A stretch of DNA of 31,708 nt from Paraspadella gotoi (GCA_051294375.1 JBJCIZ010000485.1:1-31708); one strand, 5' to 3'; shown: positions 1-12,020, counted from the stretch's first letter. The notes: generated by a model from the letters alone, not told the origin. Program-made: numbers and translations.

Positions 1-1856
1 TACACTCCAGAGGTCTACTTGGTGACAATATTACAAGCGCTGGTAAAAAAACGCTGTCATTTTCAAACCCATTCCCACCTTAGCAAAAAACTCCAATTAC
101 TCGTGATTGGANNNNNNNNNNNNNNNNNNNNNNNNNNNNNNNNNNNNNNNNNNNNNNNNNNNNNNNNNNNNNNNNNNNNNNNNNNNNNNNNNNNNNNNNN
201 NNNNNNNNNNNNNNNNNNNNNNNNNNNNNNNNNNNNNNNNNNNNNNNNNNNNNNNNNNNNNNNNNNNNNNNNNNNNNNNNNNNNNNNNNNNNNNNNNNNN
301 NNNNNNNNNNNNNNNNNNNNNNNNNNNNNNNNNNNNNNNNNNNNNNNNNNNNNNNNNNNNNNNNNNNNNNNNNNNNNNNNNNNNNNNNNNNNNNNNNNNN
401 NNNNNNNNNNNNNNNNNNNNNNNNNNNNNNNNNNNNNNNNNNNNNNNNNNNNNNNNNNNNNNNNNNNNNNNNNNNNNNNNNNAATTAACTTGAATAAATT
501 AATTATTAATTAAATAATTAACCTAATTTATAATTAATTATTAATTAATTAATTACCGATAATTATCATGGGCAGATCTGACATTGTTTGCTCAAACTTA
601 ATGTTAATTATGAGTCGACTTANNNNNNNNNNNNNNNNNNNNNNNNNNNNNNNNNNNNNNNNNNNNNNNNNNNNNNNNNNNNNNNNNNNNNNNNNNNNNN
701 NNNNNNNNNNNNNNNNNNNNNNNNNNNNNNNNNNNNNNNNNNNNNNNNNNNNNNNNNNNNNNNNNNNNNNNNNNNNNNNNNNNNNNNNNNNNNNNNNNNN
801 NNNNNNNNNNNNNNNNNNNNNNNNNNNNNNNNNNNNNNNNNNNNNNNNNNNNNNNNNNNNNNNNNNNNNNNNNNNNNNNNNNNNNNNNNNNNNNNNNNNN
901 NNNNNNNNNNNNNNNNNNNNNNNNNNNNNNNNNNNNNNNNNNGACATCTTTTCAAAGTCCAATAGCTGGAGGGAAAATTTAAAATTTTTATCAAATTATA
1001 ATTGGCTATCTTAAATCTTTTTTTCTCAGGCTCTTTCANNNNNNNNNNNNNNNNNNNNNNNNNNNNNNNNNNNNNNNNNNNNNNNNNNNNNNNNNNNNNN
1101 NNNNNNNNNNNNNNNNNNNNATAAACAAGCTATCTTGCCCCTGACTTTGGACAGACTTTGTTATATGTTATAATAATTTAAACTGGTCATATATTTTTTT
1201 AAATATTTTAAATTTTAGATAATTNNNNNNNNNNNNNNNNNNNNNNNNNNNNNNNNNNNNNNNNNNNNNNNNNNNNNNNNNNNTTGTAAGTATATCATTC
1301 TCTTAATATTTTTAAGGGCTTTCAGAGGATTTTAATATTGTTAATATCTTAATAAATACTTTGTTTAATTTTTTTTTTNNNNNNNNNNNNNNNNNNNNNN
1401 NNNNNNNNNNNNNNNNNNNNNNNNNNNNNNNNNNNNNNNNNNNNNNNNNNNNNNNNNNNNNNNNNNNNNNNNNNNNNNNNNNNNNNNNNNNNNNNNNNNN
1501 NNNNNNNNNNNNNNNNNNNNNNNNNNNNNNNNNNNNNNNNNNNNNNNNNNNNNNNNNNNNNNNNNNNNNNNNNNNNNNNNNNNNNNNNNNNNNNNNNNNN
1601 NNNNNNNNNNNNNNNNNNNNNNNNNNNNNNNNNNNNNNNNNNNNNNNNNNNNNNNNNNNNNNNNNNNNNNNNNNNNNNNNNNNNNNNNNNNNNNNNNNNN
1701 NNNNNNNNNNNNNNNNNNNNNNNNNNNNNNNNNNNTAAGTAGTACTGAGAGTACTTGCGGATATAATTTAATGATATGTCTGTCCTATTCTCATGCAAAT
1801 GCATAAGTATTTAGTAACACAATAATAATACCGTAATACTGAGGGTCATTTTAAAT
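1..1856 (+). repeat. N-gapped copy of the repeat block at ~13791-15546 (also ~24162-26065)
   Basis: The called segments between N runs match the other copies in the same order and at about the same spacing. For example, 1-70 matches 13791-13860 and 1740-1856 matches ~15431-15546. Confidence 0.95.
18..1378. mobile_element. TIR non-autonomous DNA transposon, copy 1 (right end hidden in N gap)
   Basis: TA at 16-17 is followed by the left TIR CTTGGTGACAATATTACAAGCGCTGGTAAAAAA. Internal pieces match the element at 13808-15174. Confidence 0.75.
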
Positions 1857-1859
1857 ACG

Positions 1860-4800
1860 ATGCAAAGGGAGGCGAAGGCATCAAAGTCGGAGAAATACGT
1901 GGAGGAGAGAAAACTGGAGAAGGCATATGTTGGTCGGCGACGTCCGCCCATTCCCTCCCGAGGGCCAATCACGTCGCGGCGATTGTTCAATGGCGTCACG
2001 CCCCACGGACGAGGCCAGGCGAAGAAAGTTATTATCGGGACGGAGAATGATGGTGCCGTCATTTTGGAGATCCTCTCCTAAAGAGGCCAAACGTCCTCGA
2101 GCTTGGCGATTTGACAATCCTTTAGTACAAGCGCCTCGTTGGCCTCGTTGACTACGTCCATCCGTTGATGAAGTTCCTGCTTCATCTTGCCGACGAGGTT
2201 CTGCATTTCGATGCCTTCTCCTCCGCCTCCGCCTGACTCCCCTGCATCGATCCAGTTCCTGATCAAAGAGTTAAGGACGACGTCGCGATCCGCCATCGCC
2301 GCGTCGTGCGCCTCTCTGACGCGGTTTCGACTCTCTCTCCCGCTCCAACAGGTTCTTATCCAGAGTCGCGTTAAGACGTCGAATTTCCCTTGATTTTCCG
2401 CCTCAAATCGGAGATTTGCATCCGCGCCGCTGATTTTCCGCGCTGACACTCGAGGCTTCGCGCTGGAATTTCACGGGCGTCGCTCAGTTGATTTTCCAAG
2501 GAAGATACGTTGTTCTGATAAACGAGGAGATCTTGGGTTTGTTCCTCATCAACTGATTTTTGTTTTTCTTTGAGCTGATCCTTTAAAAGTCCAGTTTAAG
2601 GCTCCATTCCGCTCTTTTCGCGCGAAGCTCGTCGATCAGCCTTCGGTCCTCCTCGAAACTTCCGTCCAGCTGTGACGCGATCCTTCAAAAACGAATGAGT
2701 TGGCTTCGTACGCGAAACCGCGTCCTCAAGTCCTTGCAGTGTTTCTCCTTTTCTTTCAATTCTTGACCAACAATTCGACCTCGTCGACTTTGGCTTTTAA
2801 TCTCTAGACTTTGATTCAACGCCGTTTCGAGTTTGGTGACGGCCGACGTCGGTATCGCTGCGGTGCTCTTGACGGCCATGTCCATCTGCGCGACTTGAGC
2901 TGCTCTTTGGAGCATTTGCCGTTTCTGAATCGCCGACGACGCCTTCCAGTTTCGTTACTTCTTCCTCGCTTTCTTGCCAGTTGCTTTCTTATTTTCTCAC
3001 ATTCGACGGTTTTGTTGGAAAACTCGGACGATTTCAAAGCCAATTCTTCGCCGAGTTCTACGAGTTTTTTTCTGCAAGGAAATGACGGTCGAGTTTGAAT
3101 TGTCGTTGTCGTTCCTTTTGCTTTCCAACAGTTTTTCTTTTTCCACGATTTTTTTCTTTTTCCTCCTTCAAACGCGGCATCCAATTCGACGACCTTTTCT
3201 TCGAGCGCAGATATGTCCCGCTTTGATTTCCCAACACCACTTTGGCCTCGTTTAAAAGTTTATTGATTCGCGCGTTTTCTGATCCTTCTTCGTTAATGAC
3301 CGAGCAGTCTTTTTCACTTTTCGCTGGAATTGCTCATTGGTGAGTGCTAACGTTCCCTTCTCAGTTTCTTGTTCATTAATTCTCGTTTTTCAAGCGATGA
3401 TTTTCTCGAGTGAGACGAGACGCTTCCTCTTCTGCGTTATGAAGTTTATCCATTGAGAGCGATTCGCGTTGAGCGGATCGTCTTTGAGTTCGTGAACTTT
3501 GTTTCGATTCCGTGAGTTGAGCTTCTAATCTGGCGTAGCGTTCTCGAAGTCCTCGACCTTCTGATTGCTCAGTCGTAAATCTTCCTTCATTTTCTCTTTC
3601 TCTTCTTCATTTTCGATAAACATTTTACTTATCTGTTCCTCCTTCGCTTTATATCTTTTGACAAGTTTGGTCAGCTTGTGAATGTCCGATCTTGCTTGAC
3701 CAATTGTTCTCAAGTCTGCTTCAGTTCTTCGATCTCTTCCAGCATCTTGCGACGTTCTTCGTTGATCGTTTCGATCTGCGCATGCGCGGTCTTTAATTTC
3801 CGTCCACTTCGTCCTTTTTCTGTCTCATTTCCACGATGAGGTTATTGTAGTAAGCAACTTTATTCGCCAAATCCTCCCCGCAAACCGAGTAATTTTTTTG
3901 AAGGGAGAGACATTCGCTAGTTTTGACCTCTAATTTGTGCGACATGTTTTGATTTTCAAGCTTCAAATTTTCCACCGATTCGTTGAGTGATTTGATGTGA
4001 CCCTGCCATTTAAAAGTCGATTGGGCAAAGGTGTCTTCCAGACTCGCAACTCTTTTATCTTTTTCGATCGCTTCCAATTTAATTCTCGCCAAGTCATCGT
4101 TGAGTCGGTCGTTATCAATCTTGCATCCATTCAGCGAATTTTCATTTGCTCCAACTCTTTCCGTTTTTTCTCGTTGTCGACGCAAACGTCGTTGATTTCG
4201 TCCCCTTTTACTTCGACCTCTTTCAAAAAGTTGCTGCAATTGTTCCTTCTCTTCCGCAGTTTACTCTCCACTTCCTTTATTCCCTCACTCGAGTCATCTT
4301 TTCGTTTTCCGCCGCCTTCAATTCGCCGCTAATTGTTTCTCTACTTCCAAGGCGTCGATGGCCTTCAGCATTTCTATGAGCTTTTGTTCGCCGTCCCTGG
4401 ACTTTTGCTTTCATTAAGGTTAACTCAGAGATAACCTGACCGACCAACTCGAGGGAGTTTTCATCCGTCGCATCATTGTGCAAAGAGTTGGCCACCCGAT
4501 CTCTATTTCGCTCGACGAAAGCTCTTACGAAAGCGAGACGACAGGCTGTGTAACCCGCAAGAATGAAACGGTTCTTGAAATCGCGTCCGCGCGGGCGATT
4601 CCGTCCAGAGTCTTCAAATCTCAATTTCATCCGTCAATTCGTCCTTCTCCATTGAAGTCGACTCGACAGTTTCTTCTCTCCTCCAACGACTTCTCCAGCT
4701 CTCCAAAGATTCGTCCGTTTCTCCAACTCCCTCGTCAAATTGCAAATCTCTTCCTGGAAGATTTATTCCACGATATTGCTCTCGACAAAGTTTGGTGCTC

Positions 4801-5732
4801 TTCAATTGAGGCTCTGGTTCTCCGCGTTCAAAACCTCCAATTGCGTCGCCGAACTCCTGGAGTTCGTCAACAGATCCGCTGTTATCAGCTTTTGAGTTCA
4901 TCGGACCTCGAGATTTCTTTCTGATTTTCATCAGGAAACCTTCGCGAGGCTTTCCTGACGAGACAAGTAGAAAAAGAAAAACGGTTCACTATTTGATCCT
5001 TAATTAATAAAATTGTATTTAATCCACGACACCTTGAGTTTAATCCTCGTTTTGCTCAAACTCTCCCTCAATTTCCTCTACGCTTCTCATCGCATTCGTT
5101 CGCGCTGATTTTCCGCCATCGTTCGAAGTCGCTTCTCTTCCTCCATTCGAAGCTGAGATCGCCAGCGGGGTCCGAAACGAAGAGAGTTGCTGGAGGAAAT
5201 TTCAATTTCATTTTGAAAAAAAATGATTTTCTTATGTGGAACGATTCCTCATTGCTCTTTTCCCGACCTAGCACGTAATTTCTTGGCCCTGAACGAAGGC
5301 AAGACGCTGTCCGAGACGCAATTCTTTCGCCGGTTTGCCGAAATTCCTTTCGTTCAGGAACTGAGGCATGCGATAAAGGAGGACGAGTTGTCGTTCAATC
5401 CCCGAGGTCACCGGAAAAGTGGCGAGGTTGCGGAATTCTTTGAGTTCATCTCTCAGCATGCGGCATGAGTTTTATGCTGCGCCACGAGTTTCGCGAGTTT
5501 GAGACTTTGAAGTCGGTCTACTGTCCGTTGGAGCGTAGAAAGATGTCCCGCAACCCGAAACGCCATCTTCAGCAGCCGATCGTATCCAGTTCATCTTATT
5601 CCGGTGTCAGTCGCTTCGGAAATCATGATCAACGATTTCTGTTAAAAGCTTCGTACTAAGTATGTAACAACAAAACAATAGGTAAAATCCGATTAATCAT
5701 TTCGGCAAGTTGCAAAGAATTTCACTTGCCAT
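1860..5732 (-). CDS. Long coiled-coil protein of unknown family (roughly 1200 aa; broken by many apparent sequencing frameshifts)
   Basis: Chain of E/K/L/Q-rich minus-strand ORF fragments (e.g. DNDRLNDDLARIKLEAIEKDKRVASLEDTF; EMQNLVGKMKQELHQRMDVVNEANEALVLKDCQIAKLEDV). Predicted GT-AG introns at 4955-5032 and 5190-5267, acceptor at 5656, putative ATG at 5732-5730. The start and 3' end are uncertain. Confidence 0.75.
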
Positions 5733-5881
5733 AGGCCACTAAGCCTCCGCCCAGTATGGTACCACAATGACGTTTGTATTAAATTAAAACTTTGTATAAA
5801 ACCATTTGCAGCATATTACTTAAATTTTCCGTTAGTTTCTAGTTACAAACTAGTAACTACTATCAGGCCATTCCGAGGCTC

Positions 5882-7025
5882 TTAATCGCTGTCACTTCCG
5901 GATTCGCTCAATTTGAAGATCGTCTCTCAAGCTGCTTGAGTCGGTTCCGGTTGAGAGGCGACGCCGGCCGATTCCGCTTTGGCGATCGTCGCCGCTGTCT
6001 TTCTCGCTGTCGCTGCCTTTGTCGTTGTTATCCTCATTATCCTCGTCTTTGCCTCGTTCGTCGGTCTTGACGGGTTTTGACGATCTGGCGGAGGATTTCT
6101 TTCGGATCCGGCCTCTACGTCCGATTCTTCGGCGTTAGGATTCCTCCGAAGACGACGACGAGGACGGACGACGATGATCCGCTTAATCGAGGAAGCGACG
6201 CGACGATTTCGAGGAGCCCGAGGGCGGAAGTGAGAGTCGTCGAGGAGCCCGAGGGCGGGAAGGAGAGTCGTTCCGAAGAGCTGGAAGAGTCGGGCGGGGG
6301 AATCTTGTGATGCGGCGGGCGGAGGCGTTGGTTGACGGCGGAGTGCGTTGAGCGCGGGAGAGGCGCGCTTTGAGGCTTAGCTCCCGTTGGATTTCGTCGA
6401 GGCGCGTCTTCTTGTTCTTTCTTGAGTTTCTTCATTTTGGAATGGCGGCGGAGGGAAGAATTGGGCGGGCGCGGAATCCACGGTTTGTTGTGGAGGGCAC
6501 CGGCCGTGGCGATTGAGGAACCGTTTAGCTTTTTCCGCCACGCGTGTTTGACGCTCTTTACCTTCGAAGTTCCGTTCAACGTTGGCATTTGGAGAACGAC
6601 GTCGCCGGACAATTTCTCTGAGGGTGATTTCCCCGTTCGTATGGTCAACAATCAATTACGCACTGTTTTCTGGAGGAGCGCTGTCCACGGAAGTGGGTCG
6701 TGGGTTGAGAAGACTTTGTCCACGTTCGGCATGACAACCGTCACTTCATCCTTGGCACAACCTGAGAGGGACCATGAATTCGCAATTTAGCAAACGAAAA
6801 CGAAAAAGTAATACAGATGAGATACTGAAACTCTATTTTTTTTACAAGAAACTAACCAAGACTTTAGCGGTTTTGACTGATTCAATCGAAGCGGGCTTTG
6901 AAGTCGTTAGCAGGAAAGTGTTGGAAAAGGCCGTTGCTGTTGGAATTTCCTTCCTTCGTCGAGAAGCTAGAACCAATTTTAAGTTCGTGGACGCCGCCCT
7001 TCAGCGGAAGACCAAGGGCGTCCAT
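5882..7025 (-). CDS. EAF1: ELL-associated factor (EAF1/EAF2 family)
   Basis: ATG at 7025: MDALGLPLKGGVHELKIGSSF...DFKPASIES, intron 6762-6856, then KDEVTVVMPNVD...IVDHTNGEITLEKLS. These motifs are assembled across frameshifts and match the EAF domain (DFKPASID, DEVTITLP, IINHDTGEYVLEKLS). A Ser/acidic tract follows, then the diagnostic C-terminus LRDDL(Q)LSESGSDSD* with TAA at 5884-5882. Confidence 0.93.
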
Positions 7026-7530
7026 TTTTAATGTTTGTCAGCTGGGATACCCCTTAGTATAACTGGAAAAATTCCAGAGTCACGTTGTGAAATTAGGTAT
7101 AACAACTTACAAATTATAACTTTTCAATTAAATAGCGCTTTGACTTTAAGGATCAAAAATACTTTAAATGTTTTATCAGAATAAAATAAGCATGGAAAAA
7201 GCCAGCCAGGTTGCTTTTGAAAAAGAAGGAGGAATTTCTTAAATTGGAGGACCGAATTGCTATTTCGAAACAACTTAAATTAGAGCCTAAAGCAGATCAT
7301 GTCTTCCTCAATAATACAATACGTCATATTACCCAACAAAAAATGAATAAAATTTAAACTAATTGCGATATCGTCAAGAACCAAAGCGTTAAAAAAATTT
7401 TTTTTTCTAGCTCTTTCAGACTTCGTAAAGTTTAGAACTACTTAAAATAAATAACGAAAAAAAAACTATTTGTAATTAAGCTTCTTGCAACACACTTACC
7501 TATTGCGAAAAATCGTGTTAAAGACTAATT

Positions 7531-7581
7531 TTTCTCTTTAAATCCAAAGGAATACAAATTTCCTTCGGATTTAAAGAGAAA
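7531..7581 (-). other. 22-bp inverted repeat (hairpin) with 7-nt loop
   Basis: tttctctttaaatccaaaggaa (7531-7552) / ttccttcggatttaaagagaaa (7560-7581). 21 of 22 pairs are Watson-Crick, and the single mismatch is a G-U pair in minus-strand RNA. Confidence 0.9.
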
Positions 7582-7760
7582 CACACTGAACAGTGAACAC
7601 TCTTGATGAATAACCCTAAAATATCCGCTCATTTAAACGGACAGGTTGGTTGAACGGGTAGGACGGGTTCTATTCTTCAATAAAAGTTGTATTTAAAACC
7701 AAATTAAAAGTATCGAAACCATCTCGGAATGACGTTGTAAGAGAAAAAAAAAAACTTAAT

Positions 7761-9203
7761 TCAATCAAAATTCAAAAAAAACTTTCTTGACGGCGACAAA
7801 ACTATTCTGTGTTTATCACGCATGTACCAGGGTTCGAATACGTGAGGGAAGGGGTGTTCGTAGCCGCAGACCCGCTGAACCGGCGCCCTCCAGATTAAGG
7901 AAAACAGTTTTTCCTGAACGGGCGCGGCGACCTCGGCGCGCGAAAACCGCCCGTCACTGGCGCCTCGTGGCGAACGACGAGACGCCCGGTTGGCCCCACC
8001 GATTCGCATACGGCGTCGGACGTCCACTGGAGAATTCGTCCCAGGTTCGATTGACTTCGCCAAGAGACGTTCAACTTCTTTCCGCGCCATCTCCCGCCCC
8101 TCGCGGAGGAAACGTGAACACTGCGTTCCCCAGCCTAAAGAGAGGTTAGGAGGGGGAGTGGTGACCAAGGGTAGAAAATGAATCATCTCTAAATTGAATC
8201 ATCTCTAAACGTCTCACCCACTATTGTGACGTCGGATCCCTCCACGAGAACATCCGCCTTTTCTAGATCCAAAACGTAATCTTCCGTGGAACGTTTTCGA
8301 CGGCGGATCGATAGAGGATCTTGGGCTCGAAGAAGACGCCAAGGTTTTCATTTCTCGAATGCTAGGAGAGCAGAAGACCTTTGGCCTTGATGGTGTCCCC
8401 GGGGAATAACGACTTGATTCCCCCGGGATATGAGCGAAAAAGGCCTCGGGGCTTTGACTGTGATAGAGGGGCGCCCGTGGCCGACGGCCACTGCAGGGGG
8501 CGCGATGGTGAGGCGCGGCCCAGTCGAGAGATTTCCCGAGTCGGTAGCGATATTTTGACGCTTCGTTGACGATCTGATCGAAGCGGGGAAAATGTAGTCC
8601 GCGAACTGAATCTCTACAGGGTGGAAGACGAAAATATTTTCAACATATTTATAAATCAAAAACGGTATATTTTGATACTAAACGCCAATCTTTAATCTAT
8701 CGATACCCGCGATGTCGTGGCGCCGGCACGGCCAATCCGATGGCGAATTCCGGCGATTCCTTGTTCGCAGAGCGGGGTGTTGAAGACCCTGTCTTTTCCG
8801 TATTTGTCTCTCAATTCCGACGGTCGTTCGGAAGACTCCGGCGAATCCCACGTTCCTCGCCAAGACGACCGCCGTCGGGTCCGTCGCAGCGCGATGTCCA
8901 TGGCGATGTGAGAGCCTGTTCGAGGAATTTTTAGAAAGGCAGATTTACGAATGTCAAGTCGGCAATGGATTTCCAGGATTCGTTCGTCGAACCTGAAATA
9001 AGTTTTAATCGTTCGTTCGCCGCCGATGTGCGACGGCGGTTCCTCGGCGACGTAAAGAGGAAAAACTGGACGAGCAACCGAATCGCGGAGGGAAGACGAC
9101 GGGGAGGGGGAGATGAAGAGGACGAAAGGGGAGAAGGGGGATGCGGAAAGCGCGAACACAGAGGGAGACGAAGGAGTCGAAGATAGCGTGTTGCTTTAGC
9201 CAT
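7761..9203 (-). CDS. BCKDHB: Branched-chain alpha-keto acid dehydrogenase E1 beta subunit, mitochondrial
   Basis: Motifs [48 protein letters not shown] and [21 protein letters not shown]. The R/S/L-rich N-terminus ([15 protein letters not shown]) resembles a mitochondrial presequence. GT-AG introns at 8916-8992, 8614-8706 and 8135-8217; possible 5'-UTR intron at 9258-9367. Many 1-bp frameshifts. Confidence 0.97.
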
Positions 9204-9385
9204 CGACTTCCCCACGACGAGGGCTTGCGTACGCCAGTTTGTCAATTTACTTAAAGGCTGGTGAGAGGTTTTAAAAATACGAAATCACGACATTTGTAAA
9301 AAAAAAAAAAATAATGAAACTTCATTGGTATTGAATGGTAATAGAAAATCTTTTATCTCAAACTTACAGATGACCATCATAACGA

Positions 9386-9397
9386 GTTGCTAGCAAC
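9386..9397. promoter_or_regulatory. Palindrome resembling an RFX X-box
   Basis: GTTGCTAGCAAC lies ~20 bp upstream of the putative 5'-UTR splice donor of BCKDHB. It is 1-2 nt shorter than a canonical X-box (GTTGCCATGGCAAC). Confidence 0.3.
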
Positions 9398-9749
9398 AAG
9401 ACATTTGGCAAATACTAAAATCTGCATTTACCCGATGAAATCGCATCGTCGAAAAAGAAATCACGAGAGCAAAAAGATATAAAATTTGCACCAGGAAAGT
9501 TCCAATTCTCATCTAGCGAACCAAGCTTAATATAGATTAAAAAAGAAATAAAGAACAAAGAAACAGATGTTAATCTTCGACGATGAGGAAAACGAGGGTT
9601 TTAGAAAATAAAGTTCTGGATTCACCAACAAGAAATATAATAGAATTCCGTAAACAAAAAAAAAAAACAAAAAAAAAAGAGACTAGACTAGACATTTAAA
9701 TAAATAAATCTTGGAGATACCATTATCGGTAAAAAAAAAAAAATAAAAA

Positions 9750-10738
9750 GAAAAATCCACAGAAAATAACGGCGGGAGAGATCTGTCTGCCTTGATCGCC
9801 TTCCGCAATTCTTGTCAAGATTCGTCCATCGAAATCCTTCCGCGCAGCCGGCCTCCTCGGCGACCACCACCTTCAACATGAGAGTGTGCTGGAGCCGTCG
9901 AGGACCTTTTGCGTCCCGGATCGTCTTGCCGCAGTGCTCGATCGCCAGGAGCCCGCACAACTCAAATTCCTTGAAGTCCGTCGTTGGTCAGGTGTTTGAC
10001 GCTTTGGTTGACGAAACGCTGCATCCGCGGGGTGAAGGCGTCCATCCCGAGCGCGGGGTAGGCGGTCGTTGTCGGTCGGCGGATGATCAGGGAACGTCCG
10101 GATCGAGAGCGCCCTCCCGCGTTCCCTTCCGCGATAACGACGAGGCGAAGGAAGAGGTTGGCGACGGAGTGAGGCAGGCGGGAAAGACGGGCGCGAACTT
10201 TACTCCTTTTTTTTCGTCGGTACTCGATTCCCAACTCGATGAGGGAGAAAATTCTGGCCACCGAATGGGTTTAGATTTGAGTCGGGCCCACTTCATCCAT
10301 TTCGGGCGTCAAGACCTCCTTGTCAGCCGTGGATGTGAGGCGCCTCAGTCGGCGCTCGTCCGATAAATGTGACGCAGCTTGCCAAACGGCACCCTGCATT
10401 CTCCACGCAGAGGATCGTCTCCGGCTCGTTAGCTCAGCCCCGGTCTCCCTCAAGCACCTTCGCTCTGGACTCCCTCGATGAGGGTCTCGCCGAGCTCGAG
10501 CCTGCCGAGGGCGGGGAGATACCAGGATCCGCGACAAGATGATTGGCCTCCTGCATCATGAGGACTCGATCGTCTTCATCGAAGGCGAGCCCCAACGGAC
10601 GATGTAGGCCGACGGTGCGTTTTGAGTGATGGGACGGAAGGTTGGCGCGTGGTCGAACTCCAAACAGTGATGGCCACCGGGATCGGCAAAGGGAGGAGAG
10701 AGGCCGTCGACAAGAAGCGGAAAATATTCTTTGGCCAT
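9750..10738 (-). CDS. NUDT18: Nudix hydrolase 18 (8-oxo-dGDP phosphatase, MTH3)-like
   Basis: Joining frames gives AYIV..LAFDEDDRVLMMQEA..SCRGSWYLPA.GRLELGETLIEGVQ.EVL.ETG (Nudix box), then EPETILCVE, IFSLIELGIEYR, LFLRLVV and ELCGLLAIEHCG, in NUDT18 order. Boundaries are approximate. A strong Kozak ATG at 10892 could be an upstream first exon. Confidence 0.9.
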
Positions 10739-12020
10739 TTCGGCGGGTAAAAGAGGAAGTGATGGTTCAATTACTAGTTTCTCCCTTAATGTGTTAATCA
10801 AATTGTTTGTTGATTTTTGAAATATTGAACTTTCTTCACTGTTTTATTTAAAAAATGAAGGAAAGGCAGTTTAATTCCTCTGGGCAAGCCATGGCGGGCG
10901 CCTATGTCGATGTTACATTTCCGAGATACTGACAAAAGTTATGGCTTCAGGGAATGTTTACTTCCGTATATTTTTTTCTGGAAATGCAAAAGGAATAGCG
11001 AACAATACGTAAATAGAAGTCAAAATGACCAAAAAACTTGCCCAAACAAATTTACAATAAGACTTCGGCGAAGTACTTAATGAGTTCAGCGAATCTATTT
11101 TTAAATAACGTCCGTGTGTACTGTACTTCCCGGTTCTGTTAAGGTTTGCGACCAAGCAAAATTCTTTTAAAAAAGAAAAGCTTATAAAATTAAAAGTCGT
11201 GTCACCGGTCGATTTGTAGATGAACTGAAATAAAATTCTGCATTTCCTGCATCCCAGGGCAGATCGAATCCTTTCAATCTGTAGTCGATCCCCAAGGAAA
11301 GTTTTTCCCAGGTTTTCCTATATCCTCTTTAGAATATCTCAAGAAATAATTTAACTGCCGCATCTTACAAATTTGCTAAATATTTAATATTTTTTTGTCA
11401 CCAAATAAGTACCCGAGGTACGTATTATTTTTAGTTCTTTTAGGCGGTGCCAAAATGGTCATCACTATTTTTCACCATTGTATCAAAGACGACCAAGCGA
11501 CCCTTTCACGTAAAAACGGACGTTTGAGTTAATATGTATTACTTGTAGTACTTGCTTAAAGCTTGGCAAAATTCTTTGTTTTCTAGAGGACTGTGGAGCT
11601 ACTTTCATAGAAACCATTTCTTACGCAATTAGTCAGCTTTTGTAATTATACAAAAGTACTATTCTGGAAACAACAAACTTTTTGTAAAAATTTAGAACAA
11701 TTATTAAAATCAAAATTTCTTTTTATTATTCCGATAACCATAAAAATATAAATTTAAAAGTCTGAACAATCATGATACATTTTATTACAATTGGTTGAAA
11801 TCAAGACACTCATTATGTCTACTCAGATTTAAAAAATTCATAACCATTATTAATTTAACTATCAATTTATTGATTCTTATTAATTCCTAGCCACGAAGTT
11901 TGCAATTTATATTTGTTACGAATGACTTAATTTTGAGGAAAACTATTTGTTTTTAGCCGTCTCTATTAAACCTCTTGACAAATCGGGATCTAGATTGCAG
12001 TACTACGTAGCAGAACAGAA

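Noticed and set aside
19-1804. Long ORFs made of X residues (also at 17883-20528)
   Set aside because: Artefacts of translating N gaps.
8993-9020. Apparent tiny GC-AG intron in BCKDHB (GCGAAC...TTTCAG)
   Set aside because: The segment is better read as coding GGETKRLNLFQ (cf. GQTQKMNLFQ) with indels. The true intron is 8916-8992.
1860-10366. Plus-strand ORFs such as 1860-2081, 4478-4924, 6422-6790, 7787-8149 and 9812-10366
   Set aside because: Antisense shadows of GC-rich minus-strand exons with no recognisable motifs.
10958-11155. 65-aa ORF with a hydrophobic stretch
   Set aside because: Non-ATG start, AT-rich composition unlike the real exons, and no recognisable motif.
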